Shown here: positions 13,462 to 25,119 of the stretch, one piece after another
Position numbering within the stretch: position 1 is the stretch's first letter
Layout of the letters: each line of letters opens with the position of its first letter
NCBI RefSeq assembly: GCF_006345805.1
Contig: NC_043001.1
Coordinates: 100,626,001-100,690,000, forward strand
DNA: 64,000 nt
DNA from: Octopus sinensis
Taxonomy: Eukaryota
Reading direction: 5' to 3'
Translations under genes and position numbers: made by a program
The notes under the pieces: model-generated
The model's database searches: none
What the model was told of the DNA's origin: nothing
Seen by the model: the letters and a program-made list of their open reading frames with translations, nothing else

Positions 13462-13593
13462 TTATAACAATCTCAATACTTAACTGGTTATTTATTTGGG
13501 GGAAAAGTACTGAGTAAAAACATAAATTCAGAGGGTAAAAGGCATTTTGTTCAGTTTTCTTTTGAATCTGTCAATATTAGAGAATTATTTGGG

Positions 13594-13770
13594 GCAGTGA
13601 ACTGGTAGAATTGTTACAGTGCCAGGTAAAAGGCTTTCTGGCATTTTGTCTGCTTTTATGTCCTGAGTTCAAATTCCACTGAGGTTGACTTTGTCTTTCA
13701 TCCTTTTGGGATCAATAAAATAATTGCCAGCCGAATAAAGGGGCCAATGTAGTCAAGTTATTCCCACCCT
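13594..13770 (+). mobile_element. SINE family B, degraded
   Basis: CTGAGTTCAAATTCCACTGAGGTTGACTTTGTCTTTCATCCTTTTGGGATCAATAAAATAA. Confidence 0.65.
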
Positions 13771-13825
13771 TTGTATTGCTAGTTTTCTACCATAATTTGA
13801 AGCCAGTATTCTACAATGATTTCTG

Positions 13826-14019
13826 TATTTGTCCTCATCTTGTTTGTTATTTAGTCAACGTTTTGGCTGATAGACCCTCCAGCCTTCTTCAGGTGTCTTG
13901 GGGAAATTTCAAACCTGGGTTCTCATTCCTAAGGTATTTTTCGATCTTCTTCTTCTTCTTCTTCTTCTTCTTCTTCTTCTTCTCCTTCTCCTCCTCCTCC
14001 TGCTCCCCCCCCCTTCTCC

Positions 14020-14064
<45 letters not shown>

Positions 14065-14322
14065 GCCCATGAGCATATGTTGTAGTGGTTAAGAACGTGG
14101 GCTACTAACCCCAAGTTTCCGAGTTCAATTCCAGGTAGCGACCTGAATAATAATAATAATAATAATGATAATAATAACATTGAAAAATACCTTAGGAATG
14201 AGAACCCAGGTTTGAAATTTCCCCAAGACACCTGATGAAGGCTGGAGGGTATATCAGCCAAAACGTTGAGTTAACAACAAACAAGATGACAAATATCCAT
14301 CAAATGTAAATAATGTTAATAA
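13826..14322. mobile_element. Head-to-head pair of tRNA-headed, hammerhead-bearing element (family D), locus 1
   Basis: Minus arm about 13826-14060, plus arm about 14070-14322; tRNA-like head (GTAGTGG, GAGTTCAATTCC), (AAT)n spacer, CTGATGA-A-GGCTG..CAGCC-AAAAC-GTT at 14232-14267. Confidence 0.85.
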
Positions 14323-14702
14323 TTGTTTTGTTGTTGTTGTTTATGTCATTCTTCATTCAGTAAATCTAGGATTAATTTGTTCAGCAATGGTCTACCCGTC
14401 TTGGTTTTGAAAACACAATGTACAGTGAATCCTTTCTTTTCTAAGATGGCAAAATGCATTTTGAGGGAGATTTAGTAACTATTTTTAGCAAACCAACTGA
14501 CCATGTAAAATGTCCTCCCCAGTGATGTGGGAATTGTTGTTGTTGCTATAGTTTAGCTTGTTGTTTACCGTTATTGAACATTTGAATAACCGAACAATAG
14601 CTATTTAATCCTTCACTTCTCAATCCTCATTCCGTTTTTAAATAGTCAGACGAGAGATGAACGAAATTTAGAAGCTGAATGGCCTCATAAAATACATTAT
14701 CT

Positions 14703-14876
14703 TCATCTTTTATTTTTGTTTCACTCACTCGACTGTGGCCATACTGGAGCGCCACCTCGAAGAATTTTCAGTCGAATGAATCAACCCCAGTATCAGTGTC
14801 TTATGCCAAACCGCTAAGTCACAGGGACATAAACACATCTGCACCAGTTGTAAAGCAGGGGTGAGGGACAAATATA

Positions 14877-14910
<34 letters not shown>

Positions 14911-15072
14911 ATGGGCTTCTTTCAGTTTCCATCTCCCTCCCATATCCACTCATAAGGCTTTGATCAGCCCAAGGCTATAATAGAAGACATTTGCCCAAAG
15001 TGCCTCACTGTGGGACTGAACCTGGAACCATGTAGTTAGGAAGCAAGATTTTTACCAAACAGCCCAGCCTGC
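14703..15072 (-). mobile_element. SINE family A, full length
   Basis: tRNA-like head, CORE-like CTTTGGGCAAATGTCTTC, internal (TG)n, tail ending GAAACAAAAATAAAAGA on the minus strand. Confidence 0.85.
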
Positions 15073-15464
15073 ATCTTCTTACCAAAAGTTTATATGAAAC
15101 TTTTTCTCTATCATTCAGTGATAATCCATCTATTTGTAAACATTGGAAACAATTTGTCTTACTGATGCAATAGGTGATGAGGCCAAGCAAGCAGATTTTT
15201 AAGCAACCAAATGTCAATGGCAATTTGGTTCTGCATCAGTCAATGAGATGCTCCAAGACAGAAAAATCATATCAGTAAGGCTGGATGGTGTTATCATTGT
15301 TCCTCTTCAACTCTGAGTGAGCAGGTCCATAATCAAAGCATTTCTTCAACAGCAACCATCACTCACATTTCGTTTTTATATCCAGGCACCATGTCTATCA
15401 TTAGGTAGAGGGTCATCTTTTCTTCACTTTTGTTGGGAGTGATTTAAGGGAAACTTGACCTGTG

Positions 15465-15800
15465 ACCTGGCACTCCATTGGTTACAACAACAAGTGCTGC
15501 AGTTGATCCGATCAACAGAACAGCCTTCTCTTGAAATTAACATGCAAGTAGCTGAGTATCCCACAAACATGCACACCCTTAACATCCTTTGACATAGTTC
15601 CCAGGGAGATTCACCCTGACACAGAACATGACAGGGATGGCCCTTTGAAGTAAAGGTATAACTCTTTTGCCAGCTGAATTGACTGGAGCAATGTGAAATA
15701 AAGTGTCTTGCTCAAGGACACCTCACACTGCCAGGAATTGAACTCACAACCTTTCGATTGTGAGCCAAATACCCGAACCTCTAAGCCAGGCCCTTAGCAA
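15465..15800 (-). mobile_element. SINE family C (tRNA + CORE-like)
   Basis: Minus strand GTGTCCTTGAGCAAGACACTTTATTTCACATTGCTCCAGTC; homologous to 45083-45410. Confidence 0.85.
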
Positions 15801-16314
15801 GTGGAATTTCCACATAGAGCCCCTGCTGTTGGGTTGGTGCCAGGCTGGTTTTATAGGGAAATAATTCTTTGTGAGTTTGAAACAGCAACAGGTAAATGAT
15901 TTCATGTCTAACGATCGTGAAAAAGTTGTAGGACTCTAACGGAGAATAATCACCTGCAAACAGCTTGCTCAATAGAATAATAAGAGTTTTATAATTAATA
16001 GAAGGTAAAAACAAAAACAAAGAAAAAGCAAAAAAAACAAAAACGAAAGCCCACACCTTTGTAAACAAAAGAAAGTAATAGTGTTATATAATGAAGTGTA
16101 TTCAGACTTTATTTGATGTGGATGATGAAACAAAATGGTAAGTGAAATAACAACCTCTCCCCCTCATTCTCACTCTCTCTCACTCACTCACTCACTCTCT
16201 CTCTCTGTCTTTCTCTCCCCCTCTCTTTCCTTTACTCATAGAAAGACAAAGCAGACATTTCCGGTCTTCTCTTTGATCTTCTGGAAGAAGTTTCTTTTCA
16301 ACTTTGTTTTCATC

Positions 16315-16640
16315 ACTACCACCACCTCTACCACTACCACCACTACCATCACCACTACCACCACCACTACCACCACCACTACCACCACCACCACTACTAC
16401 CACCACCACTACTACCACCACACCACCACTACCACCACCACCACTACTACCACCACTACCATCACCACTACCACCAGCACTACCACCACCACCACCACTA
16501 CCACCACACCACCACTACCACCACCACCACTACTACCACCACCACAACCACCAGCACTACCACCAGCACTACCACCACCAGCACTACCACCACCACCATT
16601 ACCACCACCACCTCCTCCTCATCATCACCATCATCATCAC
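16315..16640. repeat. (CAC/TAC/CAT)n microsatellite
   Basis: Directly visible. Confidence 0.95.
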
Positions 16641-17329
16641 TAGCAGCAGCAACTACTCATGTATTCTAGTGATGACAAATGATGATGGCGTTTGAGGTGG
16701 AAGTGGTAGCAGTAGTAACAGTGTCACTTGTAGATGTAGGTGTGGTGTTGTTGTTGCTGTTGCTGTTGTTGCCGTCCCATGCCAGCCCTGGCCTTGCAAA
16801 CAGACCATCAATTATGTTCTCACTTCGAATGTATTCTCTCTCTCTCTCTTCTCCCCCGTTGCACAATTCCAGTCGTGCAATGTATTCCTGCCGTTATTAA
16901 CATGCTAGAATGGGACTTAGGGAACATTTACTTGCTATTTCTAGCAAATCGAGCGACTACATAAAAGCTTTGAAGTTGACACATGGCAGCGATATTGGTG
17001 GTGGGAGGGGGGATGTTTGGTGATGATGATGATGATGATGATGATGGTTATATTAACCATCAGCATCAGCATGAGAAAACTAGTGTTGGCATTTGTGATG
17101 GTGAAGAATGATGTTATTGTTGTTGTTAAGCCTCAAGTCAGAGCTCTGATCAAAAGGATTCCATTTGTGACCACCTCATCTTTCAAACACACTTTTATCT
17201 TAAATTACATTATCCAATATGTTTCTTCCTTTGTTTTTCTTTTTTAAATGTCAGGAGTGAGATTTGCAGGAGGTTTGGCTGCTATTTTTAGCAGAGTTAA
17301 GAAGTTGTGGAAGGAGGAGGGGTACTAAT

Positions 17330-17550
17330 AAATGTGGTGTTGGTAGTGTCGGGGTGGTGTCAGGGTGGTGTCGGTAGTACTGGGGCGGCGCTGGTGGCAT
17401 TGGAGTGGTGCCGGTACTGGAGTGGTGCCGGTACTGGAGTGGTGTTGCTAGTGCCGGGGTGGTGTTGGAGTGGCACTGGTGCTGGAGTGGTGCAGGTGTT
17501 GGAGTGGTGGTGGTGTTGGAGTGGTGTTGGTAGTGTTGGGGTGGTATTGG

Positions 17551-17581
<31 letters not shown>

Positions 17582-17780
17582 GGTGGTGGTGGTGGTAGTG
17601 GTGGTTCAATGATAATAGTAGTGATGTTAGTAATGGTGATGATGGTGATGATGATAAATGATAAGGATAAAGGGAAGGGGTAGTGGTGGGGGGGTCACTA
17701 TTATTACTAACTCTACTAATACTACAATCACAATCCCTACCACGCTGCTGATGATAGTGATGATGATGATGATGATGATG
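17330..17780. repeat. (GGT/GTG/GAT)n low-complexity tract with short 17-bp repeats
   Basis: Directly visible; TGGAGTGGTGCCGGTAC is duplicated near 17401. Confidence 0.9.
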
Positions 17781-18138
17781 AGTGGTGGTGGTGAAACTTG
17801 TGTTGTTATTTCTAGTGGCAACAATTCTGCATTTGGGTGTTGGTGGTGATGGAGGTTATACATGTAGTGTGTGTGTGTGTGTGTGTGGTGGGGGGGAGAA
17901 GACCAGGTCTTAGTCAGGCGGTGGGGGAGGAAGCCATGGTGACGGAGGCGGTGGTTGTAGTGTGAGTTGAGTGAGTAATGGTTATGGTAGTGGCAGCAGG
18001 CGGTGATTGCTGTTATAGTGAGTGAGAGAGAGAGTGGAGTGAAGGGAGTAACAGTGGTGGTGGTTGTAGTGTGAGTAGAGAGGGTAAAAGAAGCGTTGGC
18101 GGCGGCGGCGGCGGTGGTGGTGGTGGTGGTGGTGGTGG

Positions 18139-18310
18139 AGGTGGCTGACCAATGCAATGTTGAAAAGAAGAAGCGTTTCATTGAAGCGATCAATAACTTT
18201 GCATCAAAGGCAAAGGAATTATCTTTACCGAAACAGATGGCTTTAGGTTCAGTCGGATCCATGAAATGATGCAAAGCAGTGAAGACGTATAGGTGGTGGT
18301 ATGCTGGGGT
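18139..18310 (+). pseudogene. Possible FUN14/FUNDC-like pseudogene fragment
   Basis: KKKRFIEAINNFASKAKELSLPKQMALGSVG then, after a stop and frameshift, IGGGML; recalls the FUN14-domain N-terminus. No ATG or splice sites; judged by eye only. Confidence 0.25.
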
Positions 18311-18707
18311 GGCATGGCCTACTCTACACTGCTATGCTATCATATGTTATAGAACTAGTACAGCTGGTTTGGTTGGGGGTTTTTTTGGGGTTTTTTTTAA
18401 CAAAATTTTAATGAATAAATAAATAATATTTAATGAGTAAATAAATGTGTGTGTGTGTATGTGTATGTATATGTTTATATTATCTGTGCATGTGTTTATA
18501 TGTATATATGTATTTATAAATATCACTTAATGTACACAATACTGAAAGTAAGAGTTACTAATAGTTTCTTACCATGAAGACATGTGGCTGGGCAGGTTTT
18601 TATAACAACAACAGTTTTTATAACATTCCCTGCTTTAATGGAACAGTAAACTATATATGTATATATAAATATGTACATACATAAACATATACAAATACAT
18701 ACATACA

Positions 18708-18770
<63 letters not shown>

Positions 18771-18822
18771 CATTATCATCATCATCATGAATAAATAATG
18801 TAATATATATTTTTATATTGAC

Positions 18823-19167
18823 TGGCTTCTGTTCCGGTGGCACATGACCTGCCGTGCTTGAGGAGACCTATTGAGTCAAGTACATCAACATCAAAAAATC
18901 AAATGGAAATTGTAGTTGTGATACCTGTGCTGGTGGCACGTAAAAAGCACCATCCGAACGTGGCCGATGCCAGTGCTGCCTTGACTGGCTCCTGTGCTGG
19001 TGGCACGTGAAAAGCACCCACTACACTCACGGAGTGGTTGGCGTTAGGAAGGACATCCAGCTGTAGAAACACTGCCAGATCAGACTGGAGCCTGGTGCCG
19101 CCTCTTGGCTTCCCAGACCCCGGTTGAACTGTCTAACCCGTGCTAGCACAGAAAACAGGCGTTAAAC

Positions 19168-19203
<36 letters not shown>
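18823..19203 (+). mobile_element. RTE-type LINE 3' UTR with (ATG)n tail
   Basis: Same 3' end as the other copies, followed by (TA)n. Confidence 0.9.
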
Positions 19204-19233
<30 letters not shown>

Positions 19234-19562
19234 GCATATATGAGTACAGAACGTCACAAGTGGTGCAAATAACATACACATGAGAGATAGCTATAAGTTG
19301 TGGACAGTAATTACAGGACAAAAGTGAGTGAAATACGTAAACATTGAGAAAAACTGTTAACACAGAAAAAGGACCCTTCATTAGTTGTCAGCTGTCTATC
19401 TTCTCATTTCGAGCATTCAAACGACAATATGAGTCTTCAAAGACAGCAGCTCCCATAAATTCTAACATAAAATTTAGGGTTTATGGAAAGTCAATGCCGG
19501 GAACAAAAAATTAACAGTGGAGACAGAAGGAACCAAACAAAAACAGATATGGATATATATAT

Positions 19563-20335
19563 ATCATCATCATCATCATCATCATCGTTTAGCGTCCGCT
19601 TTCCATGCTATCATGGGTTGGACGGTGCAACAGGGTCTGGGAAGCCAGAAGGCTGCACCAGGCCCAGTCTGATCTGGCAATGTTTCTATGGCTGGATGCC
19701 CTTCCTTACGCAAACCACTCCGTGAGTGTAGTGGGTGCTTTTTACGTGCCACCGGCACAGGTGCCAGACGAGGCTGGCAAACGGCCACGATCGGATGGTG
19801 CTTTTTACGTGCCACCGGCACGGAGGCCAGGCGAGGCTGGCAATGGCCACAATCGGATGGTACTTTTTATGTGCCACCGGCACGAGGCCAGTCAGGGCGG
19901 CGCTGGCAGCGGCCACGTTCAGATGGTTCTCTTACGTACCACCGGCACTGGTATCACAGCTGCAATTTCCATTGATGTTGATCGATTTCGATTTTCATTT
20001 TCACTTGCCTCAACAGGTCTTCACAAGTAGAGTTTTGTGTCCCAAGAAGGAAAGGTATGCATAAGTGGACTGGCTACATCCCATGTAGAGGCCATGGGTT
20101 ATGGTCTCACTTGTCCTGCCAGGTCTTCTCATGCACAGCATACTTCCAAAGGTCTCGGTCTCTAGTCATTTCCTCGGTGAGACCTAAAGTTCGAAGGTTG
20201 TGCTTCACCACCTTGTCCCAGGTTTTCCTGGGTCTGCCTCTTCCACAGGTTCCCTCAACCGCTAGGGTGTGGCACTTTTTCACACAACTATCTTCATCCA
20301 TTCTCACCACATGACCATACCAGAGCAAATGCACA
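19563..20335 (-). mobile_element. RTE-type LINE, 5'-truncated, with ORF2 C-terminus
   Basis: [41 protein letters not shown] plus the 3' UTR and (ATG)n tail. Confidence 0.9.
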
Positions 20336-20343
20336 CATATACA

Positions 20344-20402
<59 letters not shown>

Positions 20403-20462
20403 ATGTGTATATATATAAATATATTTATATGTATATATATGTATATATGTATATATAATTCG

Positions 20463-21655
20463 TTATTCATTATCGTTTTAACATCTGTTTTGCATGCTGG
20501 CTTGACAGGAGCTGGCCAGGCAGAAGGAGACTGCACCAAACTTCTGTGTCTGTTTTGACGTGGTTTATATGACTGGATGCACTTCCTAACACCAACTACC
20601 CTGCAGAGTGGACTGAATGCTTTTTACGTGGTTCCAACAGTGCAGGGTCACCAGGTAACTTGCAAAACAAGGAACCTTTAAGAGCGGGGTGCATTGGAGG
20701 AGGTGATCTTGTGCCAGATGATGAAAGGTTAGAGCAAGGGTGTCAAACTCATTGTAGTTCATGGGCCACATATCAACCCAATTTGATCTCAAGCCAGCTG
20801 GACCAGTAAAATCATGGTGTAAGAACCTATAAATAACAATTTCAAAATTTTCCCTTTGTTTTAGTGTAAAAACGTACATTCTGAAAATGTTCATTTTTAA
20901 AGAACAATTTTTGTTTTTTGCAAAACACTGAACAAGTGAAAGTAGGAACTGTTACAGAAGACTGACTTATCTGCCTCGTAAATGTATACAATTTATAAAT
21001 GAAAAACAAAAGACACTTTGAAAATCATTTAAAAACAATTATTTTTTTATCATTTATTTTCAATATGTTCCTGAAACTTGGTATCTTTTCTCCTTCCCAA
21101 ATGCATCAATATCAGGCATCAAATCTTGAGTAGCAGCCAATTTCAGGATGTAAATACACCAAACACACGGGTTTCCCATTCACCTCCACAAATAAATAGA
21201 AAAGGGACCACTTTTCTTGAAATAATCTACACTCTGTATCCACTTTCCTCCTTTTTGACAAAGATATTTTGGGTAAAACAGAGCAAAATGCTGACCTAAA
21301 AGAAAAAAAGAAAACACATTGTTAATCTTTGAATTAATTTTAAAAAAATATATTTATTCTAGTACAATATTGAAACAAGTCTTTAAATAATTTAAGGGAG
21401 TTTTTTCCATTAGAAATGGAATCATTGACATTATCATCAGTCATATTCCAACAATCATCATTCACAATAGCAAGTAAATATGTATAGAATATAATTTTTA
21501 CACTTTTCAAAGTCATCTCCTGGGCCAGACGAAACCCTGCAGTGAGTCATATGTTTGACAGCCCTGGTTTAGAGAGGGACAAAGAGACAGAAACAGGTGT
21601 CTTGCTGGAGAGGCGATACATGGTTACCTGGCCAGAGGGAAGAGCAAGAAAGATA
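20463..21655 (-). mobile_element. Older LINE 3' UTR copy split by a hAT insertion
   Basis: Diverged 3' UTR at 20463-20734 that resumes after 21566. Confidence 0.6.
20735..21566 (-). mobile_element. Internally deleted hAT (Charlie/SPIN-like) transposon
   Basis: TIRs CAAGGGTGTCAAAC and CAGGGCTGTCAAAC (12/14 match); 8-bp TSD GGTTAGAG/GTTTAGAG; minus strand 21267-21060 gives SLSKRRKVDTECRLFQEKW...KPVCLV joined to ILKLAATQDLMPDIDAFGKEKRYQVSGTY*. Confidence 0.9.
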
Positions 21656-21705
21656 ATGTAAATGCACATAGCTTAAATGCTATACGCAGAATAATATATA
21701 TATAT

Positions 21706-21956
21706 ATTCTTTTATTCTTTTATTCTTTTATTTGTTTCAGTCATTTGACTGCAGCCATGGCTGGAGCATCACTTTTAGCCAAGCAAATCAACCCCAGGAC
21801 TTATTCTTTGTAAGCCTAGTACTTATTCTATCAATCTCTTTTGCCAAACCACTAAGTTACGGGGGACGTAAACACACCAGCATTGGTTGTCATGTGATGT
21901 AGGGGGGACAAGCACAAAAACACAAACATATACATATATACATATATATATGTATA

Positions 21957-22002
<46 letters not shown>

Positions 22003-22188
22003 ATACATGCACACACATATATATATATATATATATACGATGAGCTTCTTTCAGATTCTGCATGCCAAATCCATTCACAATGCTCTGATCGCCTCGAGGC
22101 TAGAGCAGAAGACACTTACCCAAGGTGCACAGTGGGATTGAACATGGAACCATGTGGTTGGTAAGCAAGCTCCTTACCACAGAGCCAC
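21706..22188 (-). mobile_element. SINE family A, full length
   Basis: Head, internal microsatellite and (TAAAAGAA)n-type tail on the minus strand. Confidence 0.85.
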
Positions 22189-22802
22189 AAAATTCTGTAG
22201 AGTATTAGAATATGACTTGCTATAAACAGAGCTATCACTCTAAAACCACAAATTTTCACAATTAAACATGGCAAATGCAACAAACATAACAGAAATAGGC
22301 TTACCTTGTATCTAGTACAAAAGTAAGGAATGCATATATTCCGGGATCAATTGTTTTCACCTTCTGTTTGATAAACGTACTCAAAGCTCGTCAGCCAGAC
22401 TTCACACAAAACATCTATTTTTTCTGAAATATTCATCACCTTACACAGTGTGTGTTCTTTCATTTGAATGCCTCCATGACATTCAAAAACGAACATAACG
22501 TGAGCCAGTGTAATATAAAATTAAAAAGATATCATTACCTAACATCATCCTCCTCACCGTTGTTGTTTTTCACGCGTTTCCCATTCTGACATTCTATAGT
22601 AAACCAATAACCTCGAGTGGACCCCAAGGTTTGTTAGAATAAGAACTAGGCTTCATTCCACTAGAATTCTTCAGAGTGATGCTCCAGAATGGTCGTAGAC
22701 TGAAACAAGTAAAAGTAAATGAAAGAATCTGTATCCCTGCCACTTTCTATCGTTTGTGCCATTCACTGGTGTAAAGAACTTATTGGGGAAAGAACATATT
22801 TA

Positions 22803-23031
22803 TATTTCTTTACTACCCACACGGGGCTAAACATAGAGGGGACAAACAAGGACAGACAAATAGATTAAGTCGATTACATCGACCCCAGTGCGTGACTGGT
22901 ACTTAATTTATCGACCCCGAAAGGATGAAAGGCAAAGTTGACCTCAGCGGAATTTGAACCCAGAACGTAACGGCAGACGAAATATGGCTACGCATGTCGA
23001 CCGGTGCTGACGTTTCTGCCAGCTCGCTGCC
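22803..23031 (-). mobile_element. SINE family B with 15-bp TSD
   Basis: Complete element flanked by GGGAAAGAACATATT direct repeats. Confidence 0.9.
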
Positions 23032-23425
23032 TTTTTGAGGGAAAGAACATATTGGGGGTCCGCAACTGACCTAGAATACTCAGTACCCTTAACACTCACC
23101 CCCCACCACCACCACTTCTCATAACCCCCCCCCCTCAAACACTACAGACTAAAACAGATTCAGTTGTCAAGGTACCACTCCTAAAGGGGTTGACATACCC
23201 TTCACATGACTAAAAGAACTTTGACTCATACTGTCCTCTGTTCATCTGGAAACTTCTTTTCAGACAAATGAAGCATAAAATGTAGTACAAATGAGGCATA
23301 AAAGAATGAATGAAAGTAATAATGGGGGGGGGGTATGAGAAGTGGTGGTGGTGGGGGGTGAGCGTTAAGGGTACTGAATATTCTAGGTCAGTTGCGGACC
23401 CCCAATATGTTCTTTCCCTCAAAAA

Positions 23426-23654
23426 GGCGGCGAGCTGGCAGAAACGTCAGCGCCGGCCGACATGCGTAGCCGTATTTCGTCTGCCGTTACGTTCTGGGTT
23501 TAAATTCCGCCGAGGTCGACTTTGCCTTTCATTCTTTCGGGGTCGATAAATTAAGTACCAGCTACGCACTGGGGTCGATGTAGTCGACTTAATCTATTTG
23601 TCTGTCCTTGTTTGTCCCCTCTATGTTTAGCCCCGTGTGGGTAGTAAAGAAATA
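23426..23654 (+). mobile_element. SINE family B, near-intact
   Basis: GGCGGCGAGCTGGCAGAAACG head, TTTCGGGGTCGATAAATTAAGTACCAG domain, AGTAAAGAAATA tail, same TSD as the left copy. Confidence 0.9.
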
Positions 23655-23737
23655 TAAATATGTTCTTTCCCCAATAAGTTCTTTACACCAGTGAATGGCA
23701 CAAATGATAGAAAGTGGCAGAGATACAGATTCTTTAA

Positions 23738-24183
23738 TTTACTTTTACTTGTTTTAGTCTACGACCGTTCTGGAGCATCACTCTGAAGAATTCTAGTGGA
23801 ATGAAGCCTAGCTCTTATTTTATCGGTCTCTTTTGACAAACCACTAAGTTACAGGGATGTAAACAGACCTGCACCAGTTGTCTAGTGGGGTGGGGGACAA
23901 ACATAGATACAAACACACACTCACACACATATATACACACACAGGCATATAGATAAATACACATACACCCATACAAAACACACAGGTATGCACACACACA
24001 CATGCACACACACATTTACACAACAGGCTTCTTTCAGTTTCCTTCAACCATATCTACCCACAAGGCTTTGGTCATCCTGAGACTATGATGGAAGACACTT
24101 GCCCAGGGTGCCACTCAGTGGGTCTGAACCTGAGCCTGAGAAGTTGTGAAGCAGGCTTCTTACCACACAGTCATTCCTGGGCC
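23738..24183 (-). mobile_element. SINE family A, full length
   Basis: Tail lies inside the right arm of the inverted duplication; head near 24180. Confidence 0.8.
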
Positions 24184-24492
24184 TATTTTCTCTAGTCTTT
24201 CTGCATATGTCTACTCCCATGTGTGCTTAGTTGTAGGATTAACTAGTTTTAAAAACATCTTATGTAGGATCAGTGATTGAGTGCTTGGCTGACGGTTGTC
24301 TGGTTTCTAATAATTTAATATTGAAAGAATGGTGGTCACTTTGTGGGGGGGGGGGTTAACTCTTCAGCATTCAGAATTACTCTGTAATGCTTATTAATTC
24401 GTTTTGTTTTGGAATAATCAGGCAATAATATATTGTAGTTTTCAGATTTTGATGATGTAATGGTCAATTTTTAGGATGTGATTGTATGTTGT

Positions 24493-24890
24493 AGAGGTGC
24501 AATTGCCCAGTGGTTAAGGCAGTGGACTTGCTGTCGTAGGATTGCGGTTTCGATTCCCAGACCGGGCATTGTAAGTGTTCATTGAGCGAAAACATCTAAA
24601 GCTCCACGAGGCTCTGATAACCCTCAAATCCGTGGGTCTGCTTAGGTAGTCGTTGCTGGTGAAGCTTTTACACAGATGGAGTGCAAATCCTAGCTCAACC
24701 TCTTTCAATCATCTTTTTGACACACTGAACACACATTGGGCTTAGTCTTTCACATGCCAGTCCCCACACGGCATCAAAGCAATGTGAAGTGTTTGCTCAA
24801 GAACACAACTTGCTACCCAGTCCAGGAATTGAACCCATAGTCAGGTGATCATGATTGCAGCACCCTAACCATGAGGCCATGTGCCTTCGC
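24493..24890. mobile_element. Two opposed tRNA-derived SINE fragments
   Basis: Plus head TTGCCCAGTGGTTAAGG...GGTTTCGATTCCC at 24493-24620; minus family C-like head at 24720-24890. Confidence 0.65.
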
Positions 24891-25119
24891 AATGAATTAT
24901 AGAGTATAATTATTGATGTGTGATGTTGTTCCATTTAGTACAATGTGTAAGTAGGTGGGTATCCAAGCCATTTCTTTGACTTAGACATTCATTGATACTC
25001 ACCCTTTTGACCATTCTCTCAAAAGAGCTCAAGTAAGTTAGATTGGGCTTTCTAGATAAATGGTTTGGAAGAATTATTGTGTATGAATCTATCAGCAATT
25101 ACTAACTTGGTGATCAAAT

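Larger units (their letters stand above)
22635..23822. repeat. About 500-bp inverted duplication (arms 22635-23134 and 23324-23822)
   Basis: Arms are reverse complements with about 21 differences counted by eye, separated by a spacer of about 190 bp; they include non-SINE flanking sequence. Confidence 0.95.

Noticed and set aside
14070-14145. tRNA gene (anticodon loop CTACTAA)
   Set aside because: It is the head of a repeated element with decayed stems in three copies and no Pol III terminator; treated as tRNA-derived, not a functional tRNA.
19740-19950. Regularly spaced units resembling a CRISPR array
   Set aside because: These are degenerate tandem units inside a LINE 3' UTR in eukaryotic DNA, with no unique spacers or cas genes.
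22305-22420. Exon-like segment with in-frame TGA (MFCVKSG*RALSTF...), a possible selenocysteine
   Set aside because: No CxxU/UxxC motif, no recognisable selenoprotein family and no SECIS seen; chance is the more likely explanation.
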